Shown one piece after another: positions 8,960 to 18,574 of a stretch of 64,000 bases of DNA (position 1 is the stretch's first letter; every line of letters starts with the position of its first letter). The DNA is from an uncultured Candidatus Saccharibacteria bacterium. GTDB taxonomy: Bacteria; Patescibacteriota; Doudnabacteria; UBA920. The notes under the pieces are model-generated. The model worked only from the letters and a program-made list of their open reading frames with translations, made no database searches and was not told where the DNA came from. Made by a program: the position numbers and the translations under genes. Location of the stretch: NCBI GenBank assembly GCA_964384035.1, contig CAYLIB010000003.1, positions 36,393-100,392 on the forward strand, read 5' to 3'.

Positions 8960-10074
8960 TAGCTCTTTCTTATGGATTCCAATAATACCCTAGCTATTTT
9001 TTCAGAAGAATCTTTAGGCATCAATTTTGATATATTAGAAGATAGGGTATTTTGAAGCTTACCGGAAAAACATAGCTTTCTTATCAACATTATAAAATTT
9101 TCACTATCTAGAGCATCTTGTGAGACAACTAGAGCTGATTTTTGATAACTCATAATTTCTGCGTTTGCTTCCTGGTGAGTTTCAGGCATAGGAACAATTA
9201 TACTTACCTTTCCAGCATAAGACAACTCTGTAATTGTTGAGAGTCCGGCCCTAGAAACTACTATATCTGAAGCTGCATAAGCCGAGGGCATATCTGTTAT
9301 AAATTCATACCTATGGTAGTGGGGATATTCCTTATTAAACCCTCCGCCTTTATTACTTCCTGTTGCATGTAAAATTTGAACATATTTCGTTAACTCTGGT
9401 AGACTTTCTTCTACCAAACGATTTAAGAAAATTGCCCCGGTACCACCCCCAAATACAAGAACCACAGGCAAGTCTGACTCTAACCCCAAATTCTTTAAGG
9501 CATCTTTTCTCTGTGGAAAAGAATCGATATTACATGGATTACCCGTAAATACGGTTCTGGATTTAGAAGACAACCCTGAAAGAAATAAACTATCTGGAAA
9601 TCCTTTCTCTGATTCCTTAAAACTCAAAGTAATCCTCTTAGCTATAAATGAGCATAAGTAATTAGAGAGGCTTACCTCTACATCTTGTTGGTGTAAATAT
9701 ATTTTAGCTCCGAATAATTTACCGCAGTACATAAGAGGTACTTGCACAAAGCTACCTGCTCCAAAAATAATCTTTGGTCTGTATTTGAGAACCAAATAAA
9801 AACTTTTAATAATCGCTAAAATAAAAATTATCGGTAATAAAAAATTCAGAAGTGAAAAATACCTTCTTAATTTTGCCGCTGGTACAGTTTCGTAGTGCGC
9901 CACCAGCGAGTTGACCATCTGTCTTTCAGGACCATTTTTTGTACCTACAAACACAAAATTAAAATTTACGTCGGGCCTTAATTCTAATATGTGTTTTTTT
10001 ACTGCCAGGAGCGGAGATACAGGTCCCCCACTACCACCACCAGCCAATAAGATTGTGATTTTCTTTTTTTTCAT
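8959..10074 (-). CDS. murG: Undecaprenyl-PP-MurNAc-pentapeptide GlcNAc transferase
   Basis: AGGGSGGPVSP, KLRRYFS, HQQD, VFGGGTGA, SRAGLSTITE, HQEANA. Confidence 0.93.
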   Translation of the reverse strand: MKKKKITILLAGGGSGGPVSPLLAVKKHILELRPDVNFNFVFVGTKNGPERQMVNSLVAHYETVPAAKLRRYFSLLNFLLPIIFILAIIKSFYLVLKYRPKIIFGAGSFVQVPLMYCGKLFGAKIYLHQQDVEVSLSNYLCSFIAKRITLSFKESEKGFPDSLFLSGLSSKSRTVFTGNPCNIDSFPQRKDALKNLGLESDLPVVLVFGGGTGAIFLNRLVEESLPELTKYVQILHATGSNKGGGFNKEYPHYHRYEFITDMPSAYAASDIVVSRAGLSTITELSYAGKVSIIVPMPETHQEANAEIMSYQKSALVVSQDALDSENFIMLIRKLCFSGKLQNTLSSNISKLMPKDSSEKIARVLLESIRKS

Positions 10075-11195
10075 TAGTTGAGAGACTCCATATAAACTTT
10101 ATAAGTTGCTTTCGCTGTTTCTTGCCATGAAAAGAAGCTTGCTCTAGCCAAACTTTTCTTTTGCCTCACTTCGTAGAATTGCGGGTCCCTAGCTAGCAAA
10201 TGCATCTTAGAGGCTATATCTTCTATGTCGAGCGGATCACAAAATAATGCTCCATCATCATATATTTCGTTGAAAGTATCTGTATTCGAAGCGATAACTG
10301 GGACGCTTCGAGCCATAGCCTCAAGTCCTGGTAAACCAAAACCTTCATGAAGGCTCGTTGTAACGAAGGCATAGGCACCCTGATAGAGAGCAGAGAGCTC
10401 CTCGTTACTAACGAACCCAGTAAACACAATTCGATGGCGATTTTTAACCGACAAGGCGTTGCTTTTAATTTCAGGATAATGCGGATCTTCCTTACCTGCT
10501 ATCACCAGGTCTATATCTAAACCATATTTTTCTATGAAAAGATCGAAAGCTTCCGTTAATTTTTGAATGTTCTTCTTCCTTTCTAAAACTCCTACGAAAA
10601 GGAAATAAGGCCTACTCAAAAGCAAATTGGATCTAATTTTATCCACTTTATCCTGCGTCACCAGAGTACAATTAACACCCTCATAAGTAACTCTTATCTT
10701 ATCATCATCGATTGAAAAAATTTGCTGTATGTCTCTTTTTGAACTCTCTGATACAGTTATTATTTTTTTACTTTTCTTAACAGCTGTTTCGATTACGTAC
10801 TTATATCCATAAAAATAAAGTAGATTTTTTCTTTTATGCCCTGAAATTTTGTGATGCGTCATGTCATGTATGGTTACTACGTAGGGCTCTTTATATCTTA
10901 TAGGTACATTAAAATTGGGGAAATGCATTAAATGTATACCGTACTTTTTGATTAAACTAGGAAAATATAATTGCTCTTCTAAACTATAATGCCTAAAATT
11001 TGCTTCTATAATTATGGCGTTTTTGTAACCGGAGAGTTCTGAAATTTCTTCTTTCGATTGTGTTTTTGTATTAAGAAATATGTAAAAATTATCGCTCGTA
11101 GAATATGCGAGCAAATTTTTTAGTAACTCAAAAGAATATCGCCCGATACCCCCATGAGCTACGCCCCCCATTCTAAAATCAAATCCAATATTCAT
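10074..11195 (-). CDS. Glycosyltransferase family 4
   Basis: GIGRY, VVTIHD, FVG..ERKKN, EGFGLPGLEAM, FSWQETA. Confidence 0.93.
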   Translation of the reverse strand: MNIGFDFRMGGVAHGGIGRYSFELLKNLLAYSTSDNFYIFLNTKTQSKEEISELSGYKNAIIIEANFRHYSLEEQLYFPSLIKKYGIHLMHFPNFNVPIRYKEPYVVTIHDMTHHKISGHKRKNLLYFYGYKYVIETAVKKSKKIITVSESSKRDIQQIFSIDDDKIRVTYEGVNCTLVTQDKVDKIRSNLLLSRPYFLFVGVLERKKNIQKLTEAFDLFIEKYGLDIDLVIAGKEDPHYPEIKSNALSVKNRHRIVFTGFVSNEELSALYQGAYAFVTTSLHEGFGLPGLEAMARSVPVIASNTDTFNEIYDDGALFCDPLDIEDIASKMHLLARDPQFYEVRQKKSLARASFFSWQETAKATYKVYMESLN

Positions 11196-11196
11196 A

Positions 11197-12318
11197 CTAA
11201 GATTTTAAAGATTCAAATACTCTAAGATGTTTTTCTGCCGCAATTTCCCAGTTATATTTCTTTACCACTAACTTTCCCAAACTTACAAGACTTTCTGATA
11301 ACTTATCGTCGGACAAAAGCTGCTCGATGGCACATGCCATAGACGAACTGTCATAAGGGTCAACTAGGAGAGCAGCATTACCTGTGGTTTCGGGTATACT
11401 TGTAATTTTTGATGCTAAGACAGGTATTCCCAAAGCAAAAGCCTCTAAAGGGACGAATCCAAAGCCTTCATAAAATGAAGGGTATACTAAGAGTTTCGCT
11501 AATTTCATGATGAATTTCTTATCATGCTCAGGCACATAACCTAAAAAATGGATAACGTTTCTTTTTCGACTATTTTTTATGGCTCTAAAGATCTCTTTAT
11601 ATTTCCATCCAATCTTGCCCACTAAAACAAGATGGGAATCCCCTTCTATCTTATCAAATGCTTCTATAAGCCCAGGTACATTTTTTCTTGGTTCCATGGT
11701 AGAGACAAAAAGAATAAAATTTATAGGTAAATTATAAGTATTTCGTATCTCTCTTAATTTGTCTGCTGAGAAGTTACCTAATTCCAAGCTAACACCCGGA
11801 TAAATTGTTTCTATCTTCCTTTCTTCTACTCCAAAGATCCTGGTTATGTCTTGTTTGGTGAAATTTGAAACTGAGATTATCTTTGATGCTTTAGATAACA
11901 ATTTGGGTACTCTTATGAGTTTATGCCAAAGCCTCCTTCTCCCGTCGAAGTAGTGGGGTTCCGAGAATACAGAAAGATCATGGACCGTGGCGACTAATTT
12001 GGATGGTAAATTTAGATCCAGATAGTTGAAATTTGGAAGAAATATAACATCCTGCTTTCCTAATAATTTATTAAAACTAGGAATTCCAAAAAATCTTGTT
12101 CCAAAATTTAACACTTTATTCGGTATTTTAAAATTAACTATCCTAGAATTAATAAAATGCAAATGATTAAACTGTACATCCTTAAGATTATTATAAAATA
12201 AGGTGTACTCATTTTTGCTATCTAATTTTAGTATATTCTCTACAATATGAGCCGTGTAATTTTCTACACCAGATACTAAACCACTCTGTAGACTTCTAAT
12301 ATCAATAGCAATTCTCAT
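11197..12318 (-). CDS. Glycosyltransferase family 4
   Basis: SGVENY, TVHDL, EPRKN, YPSFYEGFGFVPLEA. Confidence 0.93.
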   Translation of the reverse strand: MRIAIDIRSLQSGLVSGVENYTAHIVENILKLDSKNEYTLFYNNLKDVQFNHLHFINSRIVNFKIPNKVLNFGTRFFGIPSFNKLLGKQDVIFLPNFNYLDLNLPSKLVATVHDLSVFSEPHYFDGRRRLWHKLIRVPKLLSKASKIISVSNFTKQDITRIFGVEERKIETIYPGVSLELGNFSADKLREIRNTYNLPINFILFVSTMEPRKNVPGLIEAFDKIEGDSHLVLVGKIGWKYKEIFRAIKNSRKRNVIHFLGYVPEHDKKFIMKLAKLLVYPSFYEGFGFVPLEAFALGIPVLASKITSIPETTGNAALLVDPYDSSSMACAIEQLLSDDKLSESLVSLGKLVVKKYNWEIAAEKHLRVFESLKS

Positions 12319-13424
12319 AATTTTACATCCTCCAAATTATCTATAAAATTGAGAATTCTTTGTTCGAAAATATCTTTGTCAAATTTCTTAGCATGAGATA
12401 CGAGAACATCGGAACTGTATTTACTACTGTCCCAGTGTATTAATTTTTCTTTAATTTGGATAGGATCATAACTATCAAAGAACTCACCGGTTTTACCTTC
12501 GACAACACTTTCGAGAGAACCAGCTTTTCTAATTGCCAGTGTTGCGGTACCGCAAGCAGCTGCTTCAAGTGGCATTATTCCGGCATCCTCCACAGGAGGA
12601 TAAATGAAACCCTTAGCTGCGCTGTACAGGTCCCTTAATTCTGCATCAGTTACTGTGCCTAAAAATTCTACATTGTCACCTGTTATATTGCCTGAAATTT
12701 CATTAAGGTTCCCTGCACCAATTAATTTTATTTTAATGTCGGTACCTTTGATGGCATCAAATATTTCTTGATATTTCTTATGTTTTCTAAGTCTCCCACC
12801 CATTAAGAAATAGTCTTCTTTTGGGAGAGTGGGTTTCCAGAAATTTGTATCTACAAAAGGAAAAATTACTTCGGATTCTCGACCATAGAAATCTTTGACC
12901 CTTTTCTGAACTTCCTTGGAATTAGAAATATATAAATCTACCCACGAAGAAACACTCTTATCCCATTTTCTTAAACGATTGAGATAAATATTTAGAAATG
13001 GTCTTAATAGTAAAGGAGCTTCTTCAGCGATATAACCTTTGTCGGTCCAGAGAAACCTAGGTGGAGTATGAATATACTGTATATGAAAAGAACCTTTCGG
13101 TTTTATTATTCCTTTTAGAAATAAAGAACTTGAGGAAAGAATAATAGAACCTTCTGGAAAAATAAACGACCCACATGCTGGAGGGATTAATGGGAGCAAA
13201 TATTTAAAAGGCACACCCAATGAATATAAGTTCTGAAGATAACTAGTGTTTATTGCCCGATCCCCAAGGAGCTTCTCTTTGATTTTAGTATCTGCAACTA
13301 GAGTATAAACTGGTGCATTCGGAAATAGTCCTAAGAGACAATTAAAGACTCTCTCTGCACCACCAAACTGAATGAGAGAATCGTGAACTAAAACAATTTT
13401 ATTTATTTGTTCATTGGTGAGCAT
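12315..13424 (-). CDS. Glycosyltransferase family 4 (mannosyltransferase-like)
   Basis: VHDSLIQFGGAERV, YIHTPPRFLW, EDAGIMPLEAAACG. Confidence 0.9.
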   Translation of the reverse strand: MLTNEQINKIVLVHDSLIQFGGAERVFNCLLGLFPNAPVYTLVADTKIKEKLLGDRAINTSYLQNLYSLGVPFKYLLPLIPPACGSFIFPEGSIILSSSSLFLKGIIKPKGSFHIQYIHTPPRFLWTDKGYIAEEAPLLLRPFLNIYLNRLRKWDKSVSSWVDLYISNSKEVQKRVKDFYGRESEVIFPFVDTNFWKPTLPKEDYFLMGGRLRKHKKYQEIFDAIKGTDIKIKLIGAGNLNEISGNITGDNVEFLGTVTDAELRDLYSAAKGFIYPPVEDAGIMPLEAAACGTATLAIRKAGSLESVVEGKTGEFFDSYDPIQIKEKLIHWDSSKYSSDVLVSHAKKFDKDIFEQRILNFIDNLEDVKL

Positions 13425-13426
13425 TT

Positions 13427-14854
13427 TTAGTAATCCTCTCTTGGTTTTTTCCCAAATAAAAGAAGATATGTGCTCTTGATGAGTATCTTAATATCTAACC
13501 CCACTGACCAATTCTCTATGTAATATGTGTTTAATTTAATTTCTTCTGCAAATGGTAAATCGGGAAAATTTACCTGAGCAACTTGAGACATACCAAAAAT
13601 TCCTGGCTTTATACTAAACATTCTCTTGTATGCATCCCTATATCTCTCAACTTCATCGAGTACGTGTGCTCTGGGACCGACTAGACTCATATCTCCTTTA
13701 AGTACATTCCAAAATTGAGGTATCTCATCTAATTTAGTTTTTCTAATAATCCTACCTACTCTTGTTACCCTTGGATCGTTTTTTATTTTTAAAAAGGGAC
13801 CGTCCTTACCACCCCTATCGTTTTTTTCCCAAAGCTCTGCTCGGAGTTTTTCTGCAGTTTCTCCACCAAGACCGGGGCTCATATGCGAATACATACTTCT
13901 GAACTTGTAGAACGAGAAGTCTTTACCTTTACCGCCTCTTAAAGCTGAATAAATTGCAGGACCTTTGCTGTCGAGTTTAACTGCAATGTAAATTATTAGG
14001 AAAATAGGTGAAAGTATAAGTATCGCAGTTAGACTACCGAATATGTCGATGAGTCTTTTTACCACCTTACCCCAACCTTCGAGAGGAGTATTTTTTATAA
14101 GTACAACAGGTACGCCGGCATAGCTTTCCACTTCAACCATATTTCTTTGCATATCAAAAATATTTGGAACAAAACTAAATTCCAATCCTCGGGATCTGGC
14201 GTACTCTAAAACTTTACTATTTAGATCGTCTGAGAGTGTTGAGTTTGTTTGAAAAATTTCATCTACAGGTAAATTTGGGTCTAGATTATTTAACTCATTC
14301 ATTAAAGCATCCCCTGCTTCAATTTCCTTTACAACTTCATACCCTAACTTTCTATTTTTAAAAAGTGCTTCTAAGTTTTTTGCTTGGCCGGTACCGTTAA
14401 TAACAATAAGACGGTGCAAACCCAAGCCTTTACTGTATAGATATCTCTGTATTGTTCTTAGTAATAATCGACCCGTAAATACAAATAAAATAGCCAATAC
14501 CGCAGTAGCTAAAATAATAAACCTAGACGGGAAAACAGTACGGTCGAAGAAAAACAATACGACTACTATACCTACTCCCACAGTTACTGAGTAAAAGATC
14601 TTTAGGAATTCAGCCGTTAGTTTACTGGGACTCCTAAGATTATAGAGTCCGGAGATAGCAAAAATAATAGACATTACAGGAATAATTTTCACTGCGATCC
14701 AGATAAACCCCCAGATTTGAAGATCGAATAATACTGGACCAATAAATTCCCTGAACTGTAGTCGGGAGTAAAAAGCCAATATACCAGCCAGAAAAAGCAT
14801 ACCTGCGTCTAGCGGTATTGAGGCTAAGTTAAAACCAATTTCGGATCTTTTCAT
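13427..14854 (-). CDS. Polyprenyl-phosphate sugar phosphotransferase (WcaJ/WbaP-like priming transferase)
   Basis: 4 N-terminal TM helices, KRLIDI, YKFRSM, DPRVTRVG, LDEIPQFWNVLKGDMSLVGPR; start moved to ATG 14854 because the TTG extension contains a TGGTATAAT -10 box. Confidence 0.93.
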   Translation of the reverse strand: MKRSEIGFNLASIPLDAGMLFLAGILAFYSRLQFREFIGPVLFDLQIWGFIWIAVKIIPVMSIIFAISGLYNLRSPSKLTAEFLKIFYSVTVGVGIVVVLFFFDRTVFPSRFIILATAVLAILFVFTGRLLLRTIQRYLYSKGLGLHRLIVINGTGQAKNLEALFKNRKLGYEVVKEIEAGDALMNELNNLDPNLPVDEIFQTNSTLSDDLNSKVLEYARSRGLEFSFVPNIFDMQRNMVEVESYAGVPVVLIKNTPLEGWGKVVKRLIDIFGSLTAILILSPIFLIIYIAVKLDSKGPAIYSALRGGKGKDFSFYKFRSMYSHMSPGLGGETAEKLRAELWEKNDRGGKDGPFLKIKNDPRVTRVGRIIRKTKLDEIPQFWNVLKGDMSLVGPRAHVLDEVERYRDAYKRMFSIKPGIFGMSQVAQVNFPDLPFAEEIKLNTYYIENWSVGLDIKILIKSTYLLLFGKKPREDY

Positions 14855-14922
14855 AGTTCTTTCATTATACCACCGAAAAGCATCAAAAATACTTGACAAA
14901 AAATTAGATTTGTCCTCTAGTT

Positions 14923-14963
14923 AAACTAAAACACCGCATTTTTCAATGCGGTGTTTTAGTTTT
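14923..14963 (-). terminator. Rho-independent terminator of rnpB
   Basis: AAACTAAAACACCGCATT...AATGCGGTGTTTTAGTTT long perfect stem directly after the RNase P RNA 3' end. Confidence 0.75.
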
Positions 14964-15337
14964 GCAAACTCGTAAGCCGAATTCTGTTTCTAAATGATCA
15001 TCTCTCTTATCTTGATATTGCTATCAAGCTCTAGCTGCCTACCAAATTTGGCATTGCACTCTGGTAAGAATTTAGCCGTTTCAACCCTAGTGTTACCACT
15101 AAAGCTTACCCCGTGAAGGGTACTCTAGTCTTTCGACATTGAGCGTCTCTGTTCGCATCTCGTGGATTACTCCAGACGGGCGTTACCCGCTACCATTTTT
15201 CGAAATTGCTTCCAAAATAAGTGTTCGGACTTTCCTCTGCTATGTATCGGCATTGGATTGTGTCCAATAGCCCTAATTTTACAAACTGGCAAAGCCAGAT
15301 TTGTGAAATGGAACATCACAGCGATCATTCGATTTGC
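14964..15337 (-). ncRNA. rnpB: RNase P RNA
   Basis: Minus strand has GAGGAAAGUCCG (rc 15226-15237), 3' ACAGAAUUCGGCUUA, P1 GCAAAUCG/CGAGUUUGC and P2 AAUGAUC/GAUCAUU. Confidence 0.95.
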
Positions 15338-15343
15338 TTGTTT

Positions 15344-15371
15344 ATTATACCAGAAATAAACTAAAAGTCAA
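15344..15371 (-). promoter_or_regulatory. rnpB promoter
   Basis: TTGACT-16 bp-TATAAT with extended TG on the minus strand, -10 box 6 nt before the RNA 5' end. Confidence 0.75.
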
Positions 15372-15417
15372 AATTATGCCATTTATCCCTTATTTGAGAG
15401 ATAAAATATAGTATTTA

Positions 15418-15446
15418 TTGACAAAAATGTTATTTTATGCTATATT
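15418..15446 (+). promoter_or_regulatory. Sigma70 promoter of the 15505 ORF
   Basis: TTGACA-17 bp-TATATT with extended TG. Confidence 0.65.
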
Positions 15447-15504
15447 ATAGAAAGCATATTTTTGTGCCCCAAACTTTACTTTCCAAAACTAAAAAGGAGA
15501 CACA

Positions 15505-16251
15505 ATGAAAAAGCAGAACCACAACAATAAACCCGCTCGCTTGACCGATGCCCAGTTCGAGGATGCGATCAGAGGCATCCTCAAAATTTGGTCGCTTATG
15601 CTGGGCAACTTCTGCCCCAACCCAGCGGAACCCGAAAGGAAACTCGCGATCGCGGGTTTCCTACTAAAGGAGAATCATCCGATCGCGGAGAAGGTGAAGC
15701 ATTTCTTCGCTGACGTGAAGTCGGAACAGAACCAAGAGGCTGCTCGAAGGGATGCCCTGGCTGTCAAACAGGCACTGTTGGGCTTGCTGAGGGCATTCTT
15801 GCGCAACCACGTGCGCTTCTTCGACAATGAGCTGGCCGCCGCTTTTGCGGGCGTGAACAACTTTTTGGAGAAGGAGTACGCCAGCGGGTCGGACAAGCTG
15901 TTCGACCTGATCAAGGTGACGAAGTGGGATCCGGCGCTGGCGAAAAGAATCGAGAAACGCCGCGCGGAACTCCAGGAAGGCACGACCAAACTTCAGGACT
16001 TCACAGATGCTGAAGAGTTCTTGACCTTCATCGCCTTGCAAAACCAAACGCTGACCTTTATTCGGAGCGTTTGCAACGAGATGAAACAGATTGCAGGCAA
16101 AAAAGCCGGCAAACTCATCTCGGAGAAGGCCGCACAGAACCGAATGAACCCAGCAACGGTCGGCAAAGAACCGGCGAAGAAAGTGGCGCCTGCCCCGAAG
16201 GCCCCGGCCTTCAATCCTGCACTCGCTGAACTCCTTTCTAGTGTCGTCTAA
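15505..16251 (+). CDS. Hypothetical helical protein (GC-rich ORFan cassette)
   Basis: 248-aa ORF, SD AAAGGAGA, own promoter and terminator; 34/60 G+C in 15841-15900 by hand count. Confidence 0.75.
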   Translation: MKKQNHNNKPARLTDAQFEDAIRGILKIWSLMLGNFCPNPAEPERKLAIAGFLLKENHPIAEKVKHFFADVKSEQNQEAARRDALAVKQALLGLLRAFLRNHVRFFDNELAAAFAGVNNFLEKEYASGSDKLFDLIKVTKWDPALAKRIEKRRAELQEGTTKLQDFTDAEEFLTFIALQNQTLTFIRSVCNEMKQIAGKKAGKLISEKAAQNRMNPATVGKEPAKKVAPAPKAPAFNPALAELLSSVV

Positions 16252-16281
16252 TTTTCAATGTTGTGGCTCTGCCACCCAAAC

Positions 16282-16325
16282 AAACAGCCTTTGGAATCTC
16301 TTCCTGAGATTCCAAAGGCTGTTTT
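16282..16325. terminator. Bidirectional Rho-independent terminator
   Basis: AAACAGCCTTTGGAATCTC-TTCCT-GAGATTCCAAAGGCTGTTT between convergent genes. Confidence 0.8.
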
Positions 16326-16339
16326 CTCTTTTCTAAATT

Positions 16340-17131
16340 CTATTTCACCTCAAAGGTTACGGACATAGATGCAGTTATTTCTTGTTGACCGGGTTCTATG
16401 TTTGGGGAGACGGACTTTTCTAGAGCTGGAGCTGCGCCACCAAACCCGTCTGCTGCGTATGGAATTGGGTAACCACCCAATGAAGATTCTGATACGTTTA
16501 CGACTTTACCTAGAGAAAGACCAGATGCCTTAGCAAGTTCTTTTGCTTTTTCTTTTGCTTTTTCTATAGCTTGCTCCCTTGCTTTCTGACGTAGACCATC
16601 TGGATCTTCAAACGAAAGGGTAACTCCGTTTACTTGATTAGCCCCGTTTGCTGTTACACCGGAAAGAATTTTTCCTAAGTTCTCTTTGTTTTTTCCATTT
16701 ATCTGTTTTACTTCAACAGTTATGGATTGACTTACCTGGTAGCCTGTTACAGTATTTTTACCACCGGAGTTGTCGTAGTTTGGATACATATTGTAGGAGG
16801 ATGTAGAGATGTCCCCTGCTGGTATACCTTGGGATTTTACGAAATCTATTATCTTGTTTGTCTTTTGACTATTTTCATTCTGGGCTAATTCCGTAGTAGC
16901 TGCTTGGGTTAAAACACCAACATTTACAGTAGCTGTGTCGGGTTCGGACTTTACCTTACCCTCTGCTGATACAGTCATTACATTCTTAGGATTTTTATTT
17001 GCCCAGACTTCCTGTACATCGTGAAATTTTTGCGCGATTCCTAAGACAAGGAAAATCGCGAGAAGTATCCCGACGATATTTACAATACCCTTAAAACTAT
17101 CTAAGTTGCTTTTTTGTATTTCTGGTGGCAT
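16340..17131 (-). CDS. SIMPL domain (DUF541/YggE) protein
   Basis: N-terminal TM, VSAEGKV...PD.A.V..GV, GANQVNGV.L, AREQAI..A+EKA..LA...G..LG+V, IEPGQQEITAS.SVTFE. Confidence 0.92.
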   Translation of the reverse strand: MPPEIQKSNLDSFKGIVNIVGILLAIFLVLGIAQKFHDVQEVWANKNPKNVMTVSAEGKVKSEPDTATVNVGVLTQAATTELAQNENSQKTNKIIDFVKSQGIPAGDISTSSYNMYPNYDNSGGKNTVTGYQVSQSITVEVKQINGKNKENLGKILSGVTANGANQVNGVTLSFEDPDGLRQKAREQAIEKAKEKAKELAKASGLSLGKVVNVSESSLGGYPIPYAADGFGGAAPALEKSVSPNIEPGQQEITASMSVTFEVK

Positions 17132-17188
17132 AAATTTTATAATTACTTAATCTCCATTTATCATAACACTATCTTGATTATCATTATC

Positions 17189-17214
17189 AAAAACCACCCA
17201 ATAGGGTGGTTTTT
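17189..17214 (-). terminator. Terminator of the ribosomal protein operon
   Basis: AAAAACCACCC-AATA-GGGTGGTTTTT just after the rpsI stop. Confidence 0.75.
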
Positions 17215-17229
17215 AAAATTTTAAAATGA

Positions 17230-17802
17230 TTACCTCTTCGCCCACTGTGGACTTCTACGTGCTCTCTTCAAACCTGGTTTCTTTCTTTCTTTTCTGCGGT
17301 CGTCTCGGGTTAGGAGGCCGTTTTTCTTCATTAGTTTTCTTACTTCTTCGTTAGCTTTACCTAGAGCTTGGGCTATACCGTGTCTTACTGCTTCTGATTG
17401 GGCGTTTATACCACCGCCACTAATGTTTGCATAGACTTTGAATTCTGATGCTTGACCAATTAGCTTGAAAGGTGAAAGTGCTTTCTCGACTAAATCTTTT
17501 GGAAAATATACTGAAAGTGGTTTCTTGTTTGCTGTATGTTCACCTTTTTCTGCAAAAACCCTTACATTGGCAACTGCTCTCTTTCTTCTACCAGTAGCAT
17601 AAATATATTTACCGGAGGGAATTTCCACAGCCATGAAGACCATATCTGGTTTATCTTCTTCTTGCTTCATAAGCACTGTGTCTTCTACAGTAGTTTCCTC
17701 GACTTTTTTAACAACTCGTGGTTTCTTTGCTGCAGACTTTGGTTCTGGACCAGTTTCTTTTTTTGGCTTTGCAGTTCGCGGTTTTATAGTCTTCTCAGTC
17801 AT
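17230..17802 (-). CDS. rpsI: 30S ribosomal protein S9 (Lys-rich N-terminal extension)
   Basis: ATGRRKRAVA, GGG..AQ.EAVRHGIA, LLTRDDRRKERKKPGLKRARRSPQWAKR. Confidence 0.98.
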   Translation of the reverse strand: MTEKTIKPRTAKPKKETGPEPKSAAKKPRVVKKVEETTVEDTVLMKQEEDKPDMVFMAVEIPSGKYIYATGRRKRAVANVRVFAEKGEHTANKKPLSVYFPKDLVEKALSPFKLIGQASEFKVYANISGGGINAQSEAVRHGIAQALGKANEEVRKLMKKNGLLTRDDRRKERKKPGLKRARRSPQWAKR

Positions 17803-17805
17803 ATA

Positions 17806-18222
17806 TTATTTATTAATAGGATAGTTACTTACTTCTTGGCCGCGGACTATTTTAAGCCTTGCCATCATAGCTTTTCTGAATTTTACATCGTCAAGCATTT
17901 GCATAACTGCTCTTTTTAATACCTGTTCTGGTCTTGCTTGCATTTCGTCTTTCATACTCTTAACTCTAAGACCACCTAAGTATCCAGAGTGGGTGTAGTA
18001 CTTTTTCTGCTCAAGCTTTCTGCCAGTAACTTTAAGTTTTTCTACATTTGTAGCAACTACAAAGTCACCACCGTCCATATGAGGAGTGAAATCTCTTTTG
18101 TGCTTGCCTCTTAATAAAGTGGCAATTTTAGTAGCTACTCTGCCAAGAGAGTCACTACTAGCATCTATTTGATGCCAGGATCTGCTTACACTTTTTGCAA
18201 TTGTGGTTTTCTGTGACTTCAT
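17806..18222 (-). CDS. rplM: 50S ribosomal protein L13
   Basis: WHQIDA, LGRVAT.IA.LLRGKHK..FTPH.D.GD, YYTHSGY.GG. Confidence 0.98.
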   Translation of the reverse strand: MKSQKTTIAKSVSRSWHQIDASSDSLGRVATKIATLLRGKHKRDFTPHMDGGDFVVATNVEKLKVTGRKLEQKKYYTHSGYLGGLRVKSMKDEMQARPEQVLKRAVMQMLDDVKFRKAMMARLKIVRGQEVSNYPINK

Positions 18223-18224
18223 AG

Positions 18225-18569
18225 TTAATCTATTAACTCAACGAGTACTTTAGAATTTCCTGCACTCGGTTTATTCAGCTTAGTAAGGCGCAAGTAGCCG
18301 CCTTTTCTTTCTTTAAATTTAGGACCAAGAACTTCAATAGTTTTAAGAGCAGCGTTTCTAGTGAGCTTTGACAGTAATTCTCTTCGGTTATGAAGGGTAT
18401 CTGTTTTTGCTCTAGTAATTAGCTTCTCTACATAGGGTCTAACAGCTCTAGCATTTGCATAGCTGGTAGTAACCTTTTCGTACAACACAACAGAGGATGC
18501 GAGTGTGCGAAGAAGTTTTCTACGGTGATCCGTACCCTTGCCTATTTTTTTCTTTTTTAAGTGTCTCAT
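18225..18569 (-). CDS. rplQ: 50S ribosomal protein L17
   Basis: MRH...HR..LLR.LA, VEKLITRAK, ERKGGYLR. Confidence 0.97.
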   Translation of the reverse strand: MRHLKKKKIGKGTDHRRKLLRTLASSVVLYEKVTTSYANARAVRPYVEKLITRAKTDTLHNRRELLSKLTRNAALKTIEVLGPKFKERKGGYLRLTKLNKPSAGNSKVLVELID

Positions 18570-18574
18570 ATAAT

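Noticed and set aside
15162-15359. 65-aa plus-strand ORF
   Set aside because: Antisense to the RNase P RNA; spurious
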